A stretch of 64,000 bases of DNA from Octopus vulgaris (lineage: Eukaryota): the NCBI GenBank assembly GCA_951406725.2, contig OX597835.1, forward strand, positions 20,832,001 to 20,896,000. Direction: 5' to 3'. The position numbers and the translations under genes are program-made. Each line of letters begins with the position of its first letter. Within the stretch, counting starts at the first letter, position 1. The notes under the pieces were generated by a model. The model ran no database searches and was not told the origin of the DNA. It saw only the letters and a program-made list of their open reading frames with translations. Of this stretch, positions 1-15,185 are shown in pieces.

Positions 1-262
1 TGGTAGACGGAAACTGAAAGAAGCCTGTCCTATATATGTATATATATGTGTTTGTGTGTCTGTGTTTGTCCCCCTAGCATTGCTTGACAACCGATGCTGG
101 TGTGTTTACGTCCCCGTCACTTAGCGGTTCGGCAAAATGAGACCGATAGAATAAGTACTGGGCTTACAAAAATAAGTCCCGGGGTCGATTTGCTCGACTA
201 AAGGCGGTGCTCCAGCATGGCCGCAGTCAAATGACTGAAACAAGTAAAATAGTAAAATAAAA
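1..262 (+). mobile_element. SINE family A, 3' part (cut by window edge)
   Basis: Matches copies at 29373, 35515, 36335, 44140; internal (TA)/(TG) tract; tail ggcggtgctccagcatggccgcagtcaaatgactgaaacaagtaaa. Confidence 0.85.
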
Positions 263-894
263 TAGTATATATATATATATATATATAAGAGAGAGAGAGA
301 GAGAGAGCAGTATGTCGATTGAAATTGATGGCTCTGATGGACAGTTTTTCACTTTGGGGGGGCATCCCATCATTGCATCTACTTTGGATGTGAATCCGGA
401 AGAATACAGTGTTATCACAGAATAAACACCCTGATAAGTAGTTACACATGACCAGTTGCCTAATCGTAAAACAGGAATCATATTTTGTTCGTCCGTATCT
501 TTAATTCTGCAAGGGCAGGAAATTTTGTTGATGTATGATATTTGGTGCTTGGTGCGAAGTCACACAAAAAAAAAATGAAGAAATAAGAAAGCAATCGGTT
601 TCCAAGCGACTAGAATTCAATTGTCTTGGAGTGCATTATTTATTGCCTTCGTTTTTTTCTGTCTTTCTCTCTTTCATTTTTTTTTTTTGCCTTTCTTTTT
701 AAATACGATACAACGCCATCTTGGGAGCACATTTTGATGCTTTAAGCTCTATCAATAGATAATGATAAAGTGTGTCTATTCGAGAAACTTCCAATGATTT
801 ACGCTGAGAGTATCCCAAATAAAGTGCATGAAATAGATAAAGGATGTTGTAGTTATGGAGCTGGAGTTAGTTACTGAAGGTTTCGTTGTTTCTT

Positions 895-1214
895 TGTGTA
901 TATAATCTTATGCGTATATCTATATACATATATGTATATATATATATATATATATAGATAGATAGATATATATATATATGTATATATGCATATATATATA
1001 ATATGTATAAAACATGTATATATATATGTTATAATATTATATAATATTTAGAGTTATGTATATATAGTATAATATATCTATATATAAATATATTTATATA
1101 TGTGTGTGTGAATGTATGCGTGTAATAATATATATATATGTATTATAATACATATATATGTGTAACATAATATATAAAATTTATATATATATTATATGTA
1201 ATATAATATATGTG

Positions 1215-1272
<58 letters not shown>

Positions 1273-1417
1273 TATACATATCATACATTTATATATATGT
1301 TATATATATATATATATATATATACATATTTATAAAATATAATGTATAATACGTATATATAATATATATATATATATTATATATATACATATATATGCAC
1401 ACATATATATATTATAC

Positions 1418-1472
<55 letters not shown>

Positions 1473-1515
1473 TATGCATGTATGTATGTATGTATGTATG
1501 TATGTATGTATGTAT
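895..1515. repeat. Compound (TA)n/(TG)n/(TATG)n microsatellite region
   Basis: Directly visible. Confidence 0.9.
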
Positions 1516-2578
1516 GAGCACAGACACAAACTCACGTGCATTTATTGTGGGAGAGAAGGATGGTGAGAGTGTTTGAATGGAGAAGGGACAGAAGGAAGAT
1601 ATGGCGATGTCTTATAGTGGAATGGTTTCAAGGTAAAGCTAGAATATACAAGCAAATTGGTTAAGGTGAAGGATCAAATTTTTCTTCTTATCTTGAATTC
1701 CTTGCAGGTTGTATCGATTTGGAAAAAAAATATCTGGAATATTTTCCTGTAGAATGGTAAAACATTCCTTTTGGTGCATGGATAAACACTGGCTTCTCAA
1801 ACTTCTGTGGTACGAAAAGTGGATTTACGACTTCAATGAAAACACGTTATCTAAACTATTAGTGAGTAAAATCTCCCATTAGTGTATTCATGTCCAAAGC
1901 CAGAGAACTAACGAAGTCATCAGTATCAGCAACATAGTCAAAAGATTTCATCGAAACAATTATTTGGTAAAATATTCTTCAATATTTTAAAATCTAAAAC
2001 CAGAACACTAAGGATGTGATTATTCCCATTGGTCATTATATACGGTATCTTATATGACCTGCCAGTAGTAAAATTAATTCAATTTAAAAATATCCTTTTA
2101 CGGAAAGCATTAATATTCGCACATAATTAGCTACTCACGTTGTACAAAATATACGTATATTTTCTAGCTAATTTGGGCGTATTTTTAAGTTAAATACCAG
2201 GTGTAGTTTCGAAATAACATTTAATATTCACTGATATGATGGAGTTCGTCTATGTGCTTGAACATGTAGTTTCAAATAGCAGCCAAATGTTCTTCCTATT
2301 ACAACCTTTAAGACACTCAGTGTAATTTTGTTCTGAGAGATTCTCACTAAAGGTAGGTTGTCCAAATTTACGTTATATACATATATATAAGCATACATAC
2401 ATAGAATGCTGTAGGCACCTGTTAACCTCGTGGTATAAATGCAAATGCACAGGGGCATGCGCGCGCGTGAGTGTGTACATGTGTGTGGGTGTTTGTGTAC
2501 GTGTGTGTATGTGTGTGTGCGCGTGTATGTGTGCTTGACTGTATCGCACCGCACTTCCGTTTACACAAAGTTGACTGA

Positions 2579-2956
2579 CACTCCGTCGGTTACGATGACG
2601 AGGGTTCCAGTTGATCCGATCAACGGAACAGCCTGCTCGTGAAATTAACTTGCAAGTGGCTGAGTACTCCACAGACACGTGTACCCTTAACGTAGTTCTC
2701 AAGGAGATTCAGCGTGACACAGTGTGTGACATGTCTGGCCCTTTGAAATACAGGTACAACAGAAACAGGAAGAAAGAGCGAGAGAAAGTTGTGGTGAAAG
2801 AGTACAGCATGTTTCAACACTGACCCCTGTCGGAGCATCGTGGAGCTTTAGGTATTTTCGCTCAATAAATACTCGCAATGCCCGGTCTAGGAATCCAAAC
2901 CGCGATCCTACGCCCGCGAGTCCACTGCCTTAATCACTGGGCCATTACGCCTCCAC
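2579..2956 (-). mobile_element. SINE family C, near full length
   Basis: tRNA-like head on minus strand (gtggaggcgtaatggcccagtgattaagg...); near-identical to 37051-37429. Confidence 0.85.
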
Positions 2957-3839
2957 ACTCACAAGGTATTTATTAGACAACCGGACAGTACGAAAGCCTA
3001 CAATTACCAAATGTGCTGTGCATTTGACTGGAAACTGGTAGCATTTGGGAAGCGAGTCGAAACTCTGAACTATCCAATTATGACTGGACTGAAACACCAT
3101 ACCTTTGTTTTATTTATCCACTACTTCGCTGTCTCGCAGCCATAATAAACATTGCATTATATAACTTGTAATAGATATGACAACTCGGTGATAGCTTTCT
3201 CATCCGTATTGCATACAGCTCTGTCACAAAGACGTATCATTATTCTATAATATATCTCATTCCTATATCATTCCGTACCATTTTTCAGTTTTCTGTCGTC
3301 TCCTCATTCTTTATTTACGCGTGTTCATTGACTGACACTTTCGTTGAAATATCAAGTTAAAGACTGGTGTATTATAATTCATATCCCGATATATAGTAAT
3401 CACCGAAGCTAGTTATGTATTGTTATGTTATGCTTCGTTCAAATTACTTGATTATACCATATCTCCGTTCCCCTCGTATTATCTTGCTTCTATCGTATTA
3501 GTGTCAACGAAGAAATATCAATTAAATTTTCTTCGTAAGCTTATAGTACATCCTGGTTTTAATGTGTTTTTATTACTCTTGCAGCTATATCAATAGTTCT
3601 GTATCTAAAATCTTTCAATTCCATGTCAGCGGCATAAAATGAAATGTATAGCAGCTGGAGATCTACTCGAATGCTTAATAGTAAAAGCCTCCCCACCTTT
3701 GTTGCACTGTTTCATTGCTAAAGTCACTTAAATATTATACGACCTTACGTTGCAAGTTAGAAACGGTGAAGAGAGAAAAACTCACCACTGGAAACATTTG
3801 TAGCATTACACAAGTAGAACAGAAAAAAAAAATTTTAAC

Positions 3840-4085
3840 TTTAAAGACATCTGGATGCAGATGTCTTTAAAATGAAACTGGATCTCTTCTTGTCAGGTAT
3901 CCCAGATGAACCAACTTCACGGCAGGAGGTGTGAGGGCAGCTGCATCGAACTCTCTCATGCACCAAATGGCAATTGCTAAAAAGCATTCGTGAAGTAAAA
4001 TCATGTAGCAACAGCAAATGGCGGTGCCCCAGCATGGCCACAGCTTGTGAGCTGAAACTAGATAAATAAATAAATAATAAATAAA
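3840..4085 (+). mobile_element. 3' end of CR1-group non-LTR retrotransposon (ORF2 C-terminus plus tail)
   Basis: Translates DVFKMKLDLFLSGIPDEPTSRQEV...SNSLMHQ; hairpin tail and (TAAA)n; homologous to 32470-32822. Confidence 0.75.
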
Positions 4086-4139
4086 ATATTGTCAACCAGT
4101 TAAAGCTGGTGAAAAAGATAATGTTACGGAGTGGTACTG

Positions 4140-4270
4140 TCGAAATACAGGTACAACAGAAACAGGAAGACGGAGTGAGAGAAAGTTGTGGTAAAAGAGT
4201 ACAACAGGGTTCGCAACCATCCCCTGCCGGAGCCTCGTGGGGCTTAAGGTGTTTTCGCTCAATAAATACT
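4140..4270 (-). mobile_element. SINE family C internal fragment
   Basis: Matches 2745-2870 and 37218-37343. Confidence 0.75.
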
Positions 4271-4779
4271 CGATAAGCGATGTGCAGAGCGACGAGCGGG
4301 ATAGATGACACGATGAAGGATGGATAGAGCGATAGATCGAAATGTGTAGCTTTATGCATACAATCAAGGACGTATACTTTAAACCACGTGATTCAATTCT
4401 AAAGGCATAAACTTCCTGGTAGTTCAGAGGACGCAGTTTATGCACTTTTATCAGATAATTGGGTTTTAATTAAGGGAAGTAAACTTCCGGTTGTACTTAA
4501 TTTTTACAGAATGTGATTATATTCTATACATTTTTTTAATGCAACACGATTATATTTTGAGGTATGCACTTCCTGATTGGTTTAGAGAATGTAATTCAAC
4601 CTTAGTGTTTATTAGTGAACGGTTCTGTTTTACAGATAATTTCTGTACTGTTGCTTCATTGAAAAGATATGTAATTCCTGTCTTTTGTCTATATTTTTTA
4701 TACAGAATGTTTCTATTTAATAACCATGCACTTCCTATTTGTTTTTAGAGAGTACGATCCTATGTATAGTTCAAAATTT

Positions 4780-4900
4780 TACAAATAAACTAAAAACAAA
4801 AGATAGAGACAGCTGAGGGAACAACAAACAAAGTGTATTAGTTTGACGCTAAGGGAAAAAATGGACGTTTCGAACCTACGCTCTTCTACATAAAGGAATA
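4780..4900 (-). mobile_element. Penelope-type terminal repeat fragment with degenerate minimal hammerhead (4862-4896)
   Basis: Minus strand ATGTAGA-A-GAGC-GTAG-GTTC-GAAACGTC; downstream sequence homologous to 11660-11757. Confidence 0.55.
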
Positions 4901-5084
4901 GGGAAGGAAAAAGAGACGGAGAGAGGAAAAAACAGGGAGGAAAAGGTTATTGGGATAAGTGATGGCACACATACGTAGTTATTGACCTTTTCATGAAAAT
5001 ATGGTTTTCTACACACCTTTGCCGACAGAACGGTTCATTTTAGAGGCATGGAGAGAATTCGGTGCCATATATAGGTTTAAAACA

Positions 5085-5313
5085 GCGGCGAGCTGGCAGA
5101 AACCTTAGCATGCCGGGCGAAATGCGTAGCCGTATTTCGTCTGTCGTTACGTTCCGAGTTCAAATTCCGCCGACGTCGACTTTGCCTTTCATCCTTTCGG
5201 GGTCGATAAATTAAGTACCAGTTACGAACTGGGGTCGATGTAATCGACTTAATCCGTTTGTCTGTCCTTGTTTGTCCCCTCTGTGTTTAGCCCCTTGTGG
5301 GCAGTAAAGAAAT
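5085..5313 (+). mobile_element. SINE family B (tRNA head, Meta/MESC-like central domain) with 19-bp TSD
   Basis: Head gcggcgagctggcag; B-box gttcaaattcc; core gcctttcatcctttcggggtcgataaa; TSD atatataggtttaaaacag at 5067 and 5312. Domain name is from recalled consensus. Confidence 0.9.
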
Positions 5314-5388
5314 ATATAGGTTTAAAACAGAACGGTCCTATTTCAGAGTCATCCACACGCTGACTTTTTCAGAAGAATAGATTATACG

Positions 5389-6025
<637 letters not shown>

Positions 6026-6506
6026 ATCTTAAATGCAGGCGTGTTTTATTTTAGGGACATGTTCTTACTGATCCCTTCTACAGAATCTGATCCGATATGA
6101 ACAGAAGGAACAGAATGGACACGAACAGGGCGTCTTTGATATTTGATCACAGATTTTCTCGGTCGGGAAATGGCCTGGAACTAAAGAGCAACAACATTAG
6201 GAACAATAGCAAGAACAACAGAAGCCGCAGTAATAACAATAAAAACAACGACAACAACAAAAATCTATGTGAATTTGTTGTTGTTGTATATGCCTGACAT
6301 CATTCAATCGCTAGCGGAAGTAAAACACGGAACATAAACCTATTGATGTGATGTAATAGATCCCAGCCCAATGATATCGGCATTGTATCTATTGTATCTC
6401 AAATGTGCAGCGATAATTAGAACGGCAACAAGGCCTTTATTATGTGATACGATATCATCTGAGATCTCGTGTGAAGCGTGCGCAGAGCGGTAGCGCTGTG
6501 TTGTGA

Positions 6507-6885
<379 letters not shown>

Positions 6886-7366
6886 CAGTGTGTGTGTTCG
6901 CGCGTGCCAGTATGTGTCAATCAATAAATAACTAATTCTTACAAAGATTAATTTACATATATCTTTTTGATGTGAAACAACAAAAATATCAAAGGCGCTC
7001 ACTCACGTAAGCAACATCAGCAGCAGCAGCAGTAAAAACTATCCCCGCCACCACCACCACCACCACTATCATCATCGCTACCGCTATCGTCGTTGTCGTA
7101 GTCGTAGCCACCGCCACCGCAGCCGCCATTTTTGCTTTCGTCATCCGCCCTCAGCTCTGTTTTTCAACAACAACAATTGTTATTAATAACAGTTAAGTCA
7201 CGCATCGACAGAGTCGTTGCCATCTTCCACCTATTCCTAACACTCCTTTCATCGCTTCCTCATTATCAACGTTGTCCACCATCATCGCAGTCTCAATCAA
7301 GGTTATCCCCACGAATATTGCCACCATCCTCCTCCTCATCACCATCATCATCGTCAATCTTATCAT

Positions 7367-8358
<992 letters not shown>

Positions 8359-8735
8359 CTTCGTCAGCTATTTATATAGTCATCATTATCATCAACTTAA
8401 TTATCATTTTCACCATCTTCATCACAAATGCCATCTTCGTAACGACATATATCAGTTAATGAGAGAAACAGGAAGAAGAACCCGTGATATATTTGAAACC
8501 CCCCAATAAGGTTGATGAGATCAATGTAGTTTACGATCAGTTCGAAAATCTGTGGATCGATATCTGAACGGAAATTGCGGATGGATTAAGTGTCATGATT
8601 TAATCTGCCGTTCTGTAGAGCTAATAATTTGTAGAGCTTAGTATTTAGTGTATGTACATGGGGAGTAAAACATATCAAACACGTGATGTATTCCCAGTGG
8701 ATAGATGGAAGTGGTATCCGATATATAGACGAGCT

Positions 8736-9234
8736 GGCGGCGAGCTGGCAGAAACGTTAGCACGCCGGGCGAAATGCGTAGCCGTATTTCGTCTGCCGTT
8801 ACGTTCTGAGTTCAAATTCCGCCGAGGTCGACTTTGCCTTTCATCCTTCCGGGGTCGATTAAATAAGTACCAGTTAAGCACTGGGGTCGATATAATCGAC
8901 TTAATACCTATGTCTGTCCATGTTTGTCCCCTCTATGTTCAGCCCCTTGTGGGTAATAAAGAAATAAGAAGTGGTATCCGATATATAGACGAGCTGGCGG
9001 CGAGCTGGCAGAAACGTTAGCACGCCGGGCGAAATGCGTAGCCGTATTTCGTCTGCCGTTACGTTCTGAGTTCAAATTCCGCCGAGGTCGACTTTGCCTT
9101 TCATCCTTCCGGGGTCGATTAAATAAGTACCAGTTACGCACTGGGGTCGATATAATCGACTTAATCCGTTTGTCTGTATTCCTTGTTTCACTCATTACAC
9201 TGTGGTCAGGCCCCTTGTGGGTAGTAAAGAAATA
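8736..9234 (+). mobile_element. Two tandem SINE B copies (8736-8967, 8996-9234)
   Basis: Two full heads 260 bp apart; flanking ggtatccgatatatagacga present three times. Confidence 0.9.
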
Positions 9235-9429
9235 GGTATCCGATATATAGACGAACGGAGCAGAGACCGTTGTAGTAGTTGTAGAATGCAGATAAAGGTG
9301 ACACAGCGGGTTCACTGCTGTTAGATGTAAATAGTAGTATGAAATGTTGCAGTGGTTGATCATCATTTTGTCGCAAATTATTTTTCTTAAAACTGTCCGC
9401 GTAGTACTACTGTGCACATGGAACAATGT

Positions 9430-10720
9430 ATTACGTAGTCGCGTGGTGTGAGCAATCTAAGAAGCATTTTCTTTGAAACGAACTTTGTACCACTTCAGAA
9501 TGTAAGACTACGTAAAAAAGTATAATTCTTCTAAAAGAATAATTAATGAAGAGGGGCAAAAAATATTTGGAACAATCTTCTACTATTTCAACCAAATTCA
9601 TCAACTTATAGCCTATCAGATATTGAGCAACGTAAATAAGCAAATATTCTGCTGGTTTCGAACAGGTCATATTCCTACGAACTGTATTGTTTCCCAAACA
9701 GTTCATATAGAATTACATTAATAATCTTACGCAGAACTATCAGAAACCTTTTAGCTTTCATTGTTCAAATACAAAATTACCAATCTAAGAGACCATTAAT
9801 AAAAAGCCTCTTACAATGCCTCGCAAAGTTGGAGTTAAAGTTTATCTTCAAGGACCCACCAATCATACAAATGATTTTTCCAATTCACTGAGTAAGAATG
9901 ATTGGTTTAGCTTTGGCGTACCAGAAACTAAGATTGCAGGGTTTCCTCGCATGGTGAGAGAGAAGAGTTCTCGCGACTGAAATATGGAGCTAGAGTCATT
10001 TGTTAATACTCAAGATTTGGGGATACATATTTTCTGTTTCTTTTGTATGCAAAATCTGGTACATGAAAACGTCATCCTATGTCTTTACTACCCACAAGGG
10101 GCTAAATACAGAGAGGACAAACAAGGACAGACAATCGGATTAAGTCGATTATATCGACCCAGTGCGTAACTGGTACTTATTTAATCGACCCCGAAAGGAT
10201 GGAAGGCAAAGTCGACCTCGGCGGAAATTGAACTCAGAACGTAGCGACAGACGGAATACTGCTGAGCATTTCGCTCGGCGTGCTAACGTTTCTGCCAGCT
10301 CGCCGCCTTTCTACATGAAAACGTCATCCATGAAGTTAAATCGCAAATCTGTTGCTTTTTGTCTGCTGTTCAGATGCAGTTACTTGATTCTGAGTATTTA
10401 CTTTAGGATCATTAAAATTATCTATAACTAATATGTTCTCACAGATTTGCTTTTGGGATAAAAGTCTTTGTTTTTGTTGCGACACTCTTCAAAGAGAAAT
10501 AGAGGTGCTTGAGGAGGTCTACAGAGTCCAATGATATTTAAGTCATTAATTTTGTTGTATAGTGACATGGATATGAATTCACTGTAATCCATGGAAAACA
10601 TGTCTTCCGAGAAGCATGGCTGATCCGCATTTATTTTGGTCATTGCCATCTGCATGGATTCTGGGTAAAAAAACAGTAAAGCTCTTGGGGCCACATGATG
10701 CAATCGAAAATAAAGATTAT
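9430..10720 (-). pseudogene. Possible highly decayed LINE APE-endonuclease region, interrupted by SINE B
   Basis: Minus-strand fragments NKCGSAMLLGRH and LNIIGLCRPPQAP resemble APE motifs (GGVA..Y, I..YRPP); many stops. Confidence 0.35.
10078..10307 (-). mobile_element. SINE family B with 18-bp TSD
   Basis: TSD tacatgaaaacgtcatcc at 10060 and 10312. Confidence 0.9.
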
Positions 10721-10796
10721 GTCATATTACCGTGAAGGACATCGGACATGTGATAGGCAGTTGCCTAAAAGCATCGCCAATATAATATACAATACC

Positions 10797-11027
10797 TATT
10801 TCTTTATTAGCCACAAGGGGCTAAACATAGAGCGGACAAACAAGGACAGATATAGGTATTAAGTCGATTACATCGACCCTAGTGCGTAACTGGTACTTAA
10901 TTTATCGACCCCGAAAGGATGAAAGGCAAAGTCGACCTCGGTGGAATTTGAACTCACAACGTAACGACAGACGAAATACGGCTAGGCGTTTCGCCCGGCG
11001 TGCTACCGTTTCTGCCAGCTCGCCGCC
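10797..11027 (-). mobile_element. SINE family B with 14-bp TSD
   Basis: TSD taatatacaatacc at 10783 and 11032. Confidence 0.9.
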
Positions 11028-11499
11028 TTTGTAATATACAATACCATTCAGAAAAAGACTGTCCTGGAATAAACATAAAATAACCCCCAGTAATTGAATA
11101 TATATATATATATCTGCTCCCTCACTCCCCTTCTCTCCCTCTCTCTCCCCCTCTCCCTCTATCCTCCCTCCTCCTCTCCCCTTTCTTCTCCTCTCCTCCC
11201 CTCCTCTTCTCCTGTCCTTCCTTCTCCCCCTTCCCCCTCCTCTTCTCCTCTTTCCTTCTCCCCCCTCACCCTCACCCCTCATATCATCTCCCCCTCCCCT
11301 CTCTCTCCCCCTTACCTCACCCCTCTTCCCCTCTTCCCCTCATCTCCTCTCTCTACACTACACCATACGACTTTACACATCACATCATATATACATACAC
11401 ACGTCCAGACCTCTCATACGCACTACATACTCTCTCATACACACACACACTCTTATGTTGGGGCGAGGTCATTTAACCCTATTATCTCCCCTAATTTCG

Positions 11500-11755
11500 C
11501 TCTTGCGTCTCACGTTTGATCTTTGACTTCTGGCCGAAATCAGATCGCCATGTTGATTCGCTAGCCTCTGCACGCATTCTTTTTTCTCTCCTTGTTTCTT
11601 TCTGTGTTTCATTTCTGTGTATCTTTCTGTTGAAGAGCGTAGGCTCGAAACGTAAAAGACTTGTTTTATTTATATTCCTGAGCGCCATACTAATACAATT
11701 GTTTGTTTGTATTCCACCTGCCTTCGTCTTTTGTTTATTTTCATAAAGCTTCCCG

Positions 11756-11757
<2 letters not shown>
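11500..11757 (+). mobile_element. Penelope-type terminal repeat fragment ending at (TA)n
   Basis: Contains minimal HHR; preceded by pyrimidine tract; related to 4780-4900 and 39935-40097. Confidence 0.6.
11622..11659 (+). ncRNA. Minimal type I hammerhead ribozyme, variant core CUGUUGA
   Basis: TCTTT-CTGTTGA-A-GAGC-GTAG-GCTC-GAAA-CG-TA-AAAGA: stem I TCTTT/AAAGA, stem II GAGC/GCTC, palindromic ACGT stem III. Confidence 0.65.
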
Positions 11758-11798
<41 letters not shown>

Positions 11799-12363
11799 AA
11801 CACCGCACAAGGGATATAGGTGGCATATTCCCATCAAAACTTCTGTCAATTGAAAACATAATAGGCCGGATATTGTTGATTGGGACAGACTAGAAAAGGT
11901 ATGTACAGGCATAGTTGTCATCTGTTACACTAATGTAAATTTCTCTTTGGAAATGAAAGAGAAAGAAGATCACACTAGACAAATGCTGCGGAACCTCTAG
12001 CTTCTGTATCCAAAATATAAATTCATAAATATATATATATATATACCAATAATAATTGATGAACGTGATTTTTATGAGCAAATGCTTAAGTGACAATCTG
12101 AATAAGCAAAAGGTTTTTCGCAAAAAGAAATCAATAACTAGCATTCAAAATACAATCCTGTAAGTGGGGCAATAAAAATATGCAACGCAATTTTCGATTT
12201 TAAAATTGTGAATATCTTTTCGTTATCGACAATCGAACGACAGAGTTTTGCATGGTCAGAGCAAGATGATTAAAGTCAGAAGAAGAGAATACAAAGACAT
12301 AAGCACATACATACATTATACACATACATACAGTCGAGCATACATACATACATATACATAGAT

Positions 12364-12374
12364 GTAGCAGCAAC

Positions 12375-12414
<40 letters not shown>

Positions 12415-12626
12415 TTGGTGGTGGCGATTGTAGTGGTCTTCGTAATGGTCGTGGTGGTGGTAGTACTAGTAGTGGTGGTGGTGGTAGTGGTGATAGTAGT
12501 CGTGGTGATGGTGGTAGTAGTAGTAGTGGTTGTGGTGGTGGTGGTAGTAATAGTACTAGTAGTGGTGATGGTGGTGGAGTTGTAGTGGCGCTAGTAGTGC
12601 TGGTGGTGGTGGTGGTAGTTGTAATG

Positions 12627-12688
<62 letters not shown>

Positions 12689-12749
12689 GGTGGTGGTGGT
12701 GGTGGTGGTGGTGGTGGTGGTGTTGGTGGTGGTGGTGGTGGTGGTGGTT

Positions 12750-12780
<31 letters not shown>

Positions 12781-12792
12781 AAGTAGTAGTAG
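12364..12792. repeat. (TAG)n/(TGG)n microsatellite
   Basis: Directly visible. Confidence 0.95.
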
Positions 12793-13262
12793 CAATCACT
12801 GTAGGAATTGACTATACGCATGCTCTCTGGTGTTCTGCTAAATCAGCACACGGAAAACACAGCAATTGCAATTTCGGGTGAAATTCAAATAAAAAACGTT
12901 TCAAACTCCAAAGCTAAGAATTGCTCTGTAATTACGCAATATCCGAAATTCGGAACCATTGAAATATTTCTGTGGATAACCAATATCCTAACTTTTACAC
13001 ATTCGATATTGAATGTGTAAATAACTGTTCTTCTTTCATTTAAATATTATATAACGAATATGATAATTTTTGAAATGACAAACAAAACAACCACCGAACA
13101 GTTTCATCAAGCACAACTAACCCACCTCAATCATGTGTCAAACACGCCCGATTGCAGCCCTTGTGAAAGGTTGTCAAACCAGAGGCATACCACCCACCTG
13201 TAAGCTTTTAAAACGTTGTTAAGAGTAGCAGTAATACGATTTCGAACCCGTAAAGTTTTTCT

Positions 13263-13673
13263 TATTTCTTTAGTGCCCACAAGGGACTAAACATAGAGGG
13301 GACAAACAAGGACAGACAAAGGTATTAAGTCGATTATATCGACCCCAGTGCATAACTGGTACTTAATTTATCGACCCCGAAAGGATGAAAGACAAAGTCG
13401 ACCTCGGCAGAATTTGAACTCAGAACGTAAAGACAGACGAAATACCTATTTCTTTACTACCCACAAGGGGCTAAACGCAGAGGAGACAAACAAGGAGAGA
13501 CAGACGGATTAAATCGAATTTTCCGACACCAGTGCGTAACTGGTACTTAATTTGTCGATCCCGAAAGGATGAAAGGCAAAGTCGACCTCGGCGGAATTTG
13601 AACTCAGAACGTAACGGCAGACGAAATACCGCTAAGCATTTCGCCCAGTATGCTAACGTTTCTGCCAGCTCAC
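13263..13673 (-). mobile_element. SINE family B with two 184-bp body units
   Basis: tatttcttt unit ends at 13263 and 13447. Confidence 0.9.
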
Positions 13674-14469
13674 TGCTACTTCGCACCCTTAAATATGTTT
13701 CTGATGTACTGGGTACCGGGCCCTTATAACAGCGAGTCTCTAACAGCTGGTTGCTTCAAGGTCCATATCACTAGTCCTAACACCTACAAGGGAACGCAAC
13801 TTTTTTAATGTCTCTAGTTTGCTCCATTACTCTCATTTACCGTGAAGACCTGCGTGCGAAGGATCTTACTTGCAGTTTATGCATGACAGTAGGTATGGCA
13901 AATGATCTAACAGGTAGTACAACTTAAGGATCCCCTTCAGAAGTACGCCTAATATAAAAAAGTATTAAAGAATGGTTCGAGTCCTCGTGCAAACTCAAGG
14001 AGGCTCAGGTAGAATTAACAGTAAATGTCCGGTAAATAGCCTATGCAATGCATGGTCAACAAAGCAGGTGTGGTGTTGTGTAACAGCAGCAAGGATAGGA
14101 CATATACTCACACACAGAATATCTTAATGCACAGGAAGGAGCTTTTAACATCCGGCTAATTAATCAAAGATCTTTTAGAATCCCAGAAGGCTCAATGTTA
14201 CAACATTGGTTCGGTGCGCTCGTTGTTGTTGTTTTGTTTTTTTTTTTTGCTTCTTTTCCACCGAGTAACTCCGAGCTTCCCAGTAACGGAGTTTTGTATC
14301 GTGGTTTTTGTCTTTTCCGTTTTTTTGCATGATTTCTACGAATGTGACAACGAAACCACGCATAAACGGCTCCTTCCCTCAGAAAAGGAAAGATTTGGCT
14401 ATTTCATGAACTAACTGCTACCATGTAACATGTATTTGGGTCCTTTATCGCAAATAACTGTTACGTGGT

Positions 14470-14580
14470 AGTAGGGATCGCTAAAAATATCAACCAAATG
14501 TTTGGAGGTGAGATACGTTGAATGCACTCGAAAGAAACTATGGAAACAACAATTTTTCGCCGAGGTTACTTTCAGGTCTT
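14470..14580 (+). pseudogene. Possible mariner transposase N-terminal HTH remnant
   Basis: IAKNINQMFGGE...FRRGYF resembles AARNINxxFG...FRxGDF; frameshifted. Confidence 0.3.
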
Positions 14581-14755
14581 TTGTGAAATATTTACTATAT
14601 TTTTAAAGTCATTTTCACAAAAAAATATTTTGCCTATCATAATATGTCTCATGGAAAGGTTAGAGATTCTTCCGTTTCAGGCGTATTTTCCCATTATGCG
14701 CCAGTTTGGCTGAGTAACATTGCGAGCAAGTAAGATTAAACTTGACTTTTATGAG

Positions 14756-14814
<59 letters not shown>

Positions 14815-14821
14815 ACGTATG

Positions 14822-14863
<42 letters not shown>

Positions 14864-15087
14864 TATTAGTCAATTTAGGGTAGCAAAAAATTCAATAGAA
14901 ATTTATCGCTACCAGCGGCCTAGTGGAAAAGAGAAAATAGTCAACGACTAAATATATAAATATAACAATTTAGGAGTGACCTTAACAGGCCATTCGTCCA
15001 CCAGAAAGAGCAGCCATAACTCACACCGCCAAGTAGTAGTAATTCAGAAATTAGGTGAAAATTTAAAAACATTTACCCTAATTCATC

Positions 15088-15185
15088 TTTTAGACGATGC
15101 ATCGTTTCTGTGTCATTAATGATTAAATTAGCTTAATTAAATTAAATTAAGCTAATCTACCATAGGTTACACTTCATCAGTAAAA
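15088..15185 (-). ncRNA. Type I hammerhead ribozyme, copy 1
   Basis: Reverse complement of 16128-16225. Confidence 0.75.

Noticed and set aside
227-510. Non-repetitive ORF fragments next to the first SINE
   Set aside because: ORFs run into microsatellite and SINE sequence; no recognisable domain.
1708-1861. Exon-like segment (ttccttgcag acceptor, gtgagt donor, one open frame)
   Set aside because: Peptide has no recognisable homology and there are no companion exons; needs RNA-seq.
8708-9254. Three spaced direct repeats as a CRISPR-like array
   Set aside because: The spacers are SINE copies and the repeats are target-site duplications in a eukaryotic context.
11094-11519. Pro/Ser-rich ORFs (also 43108-43698)
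   Set aside because: Translations of pyrimidine/purine low-complexity tracts.
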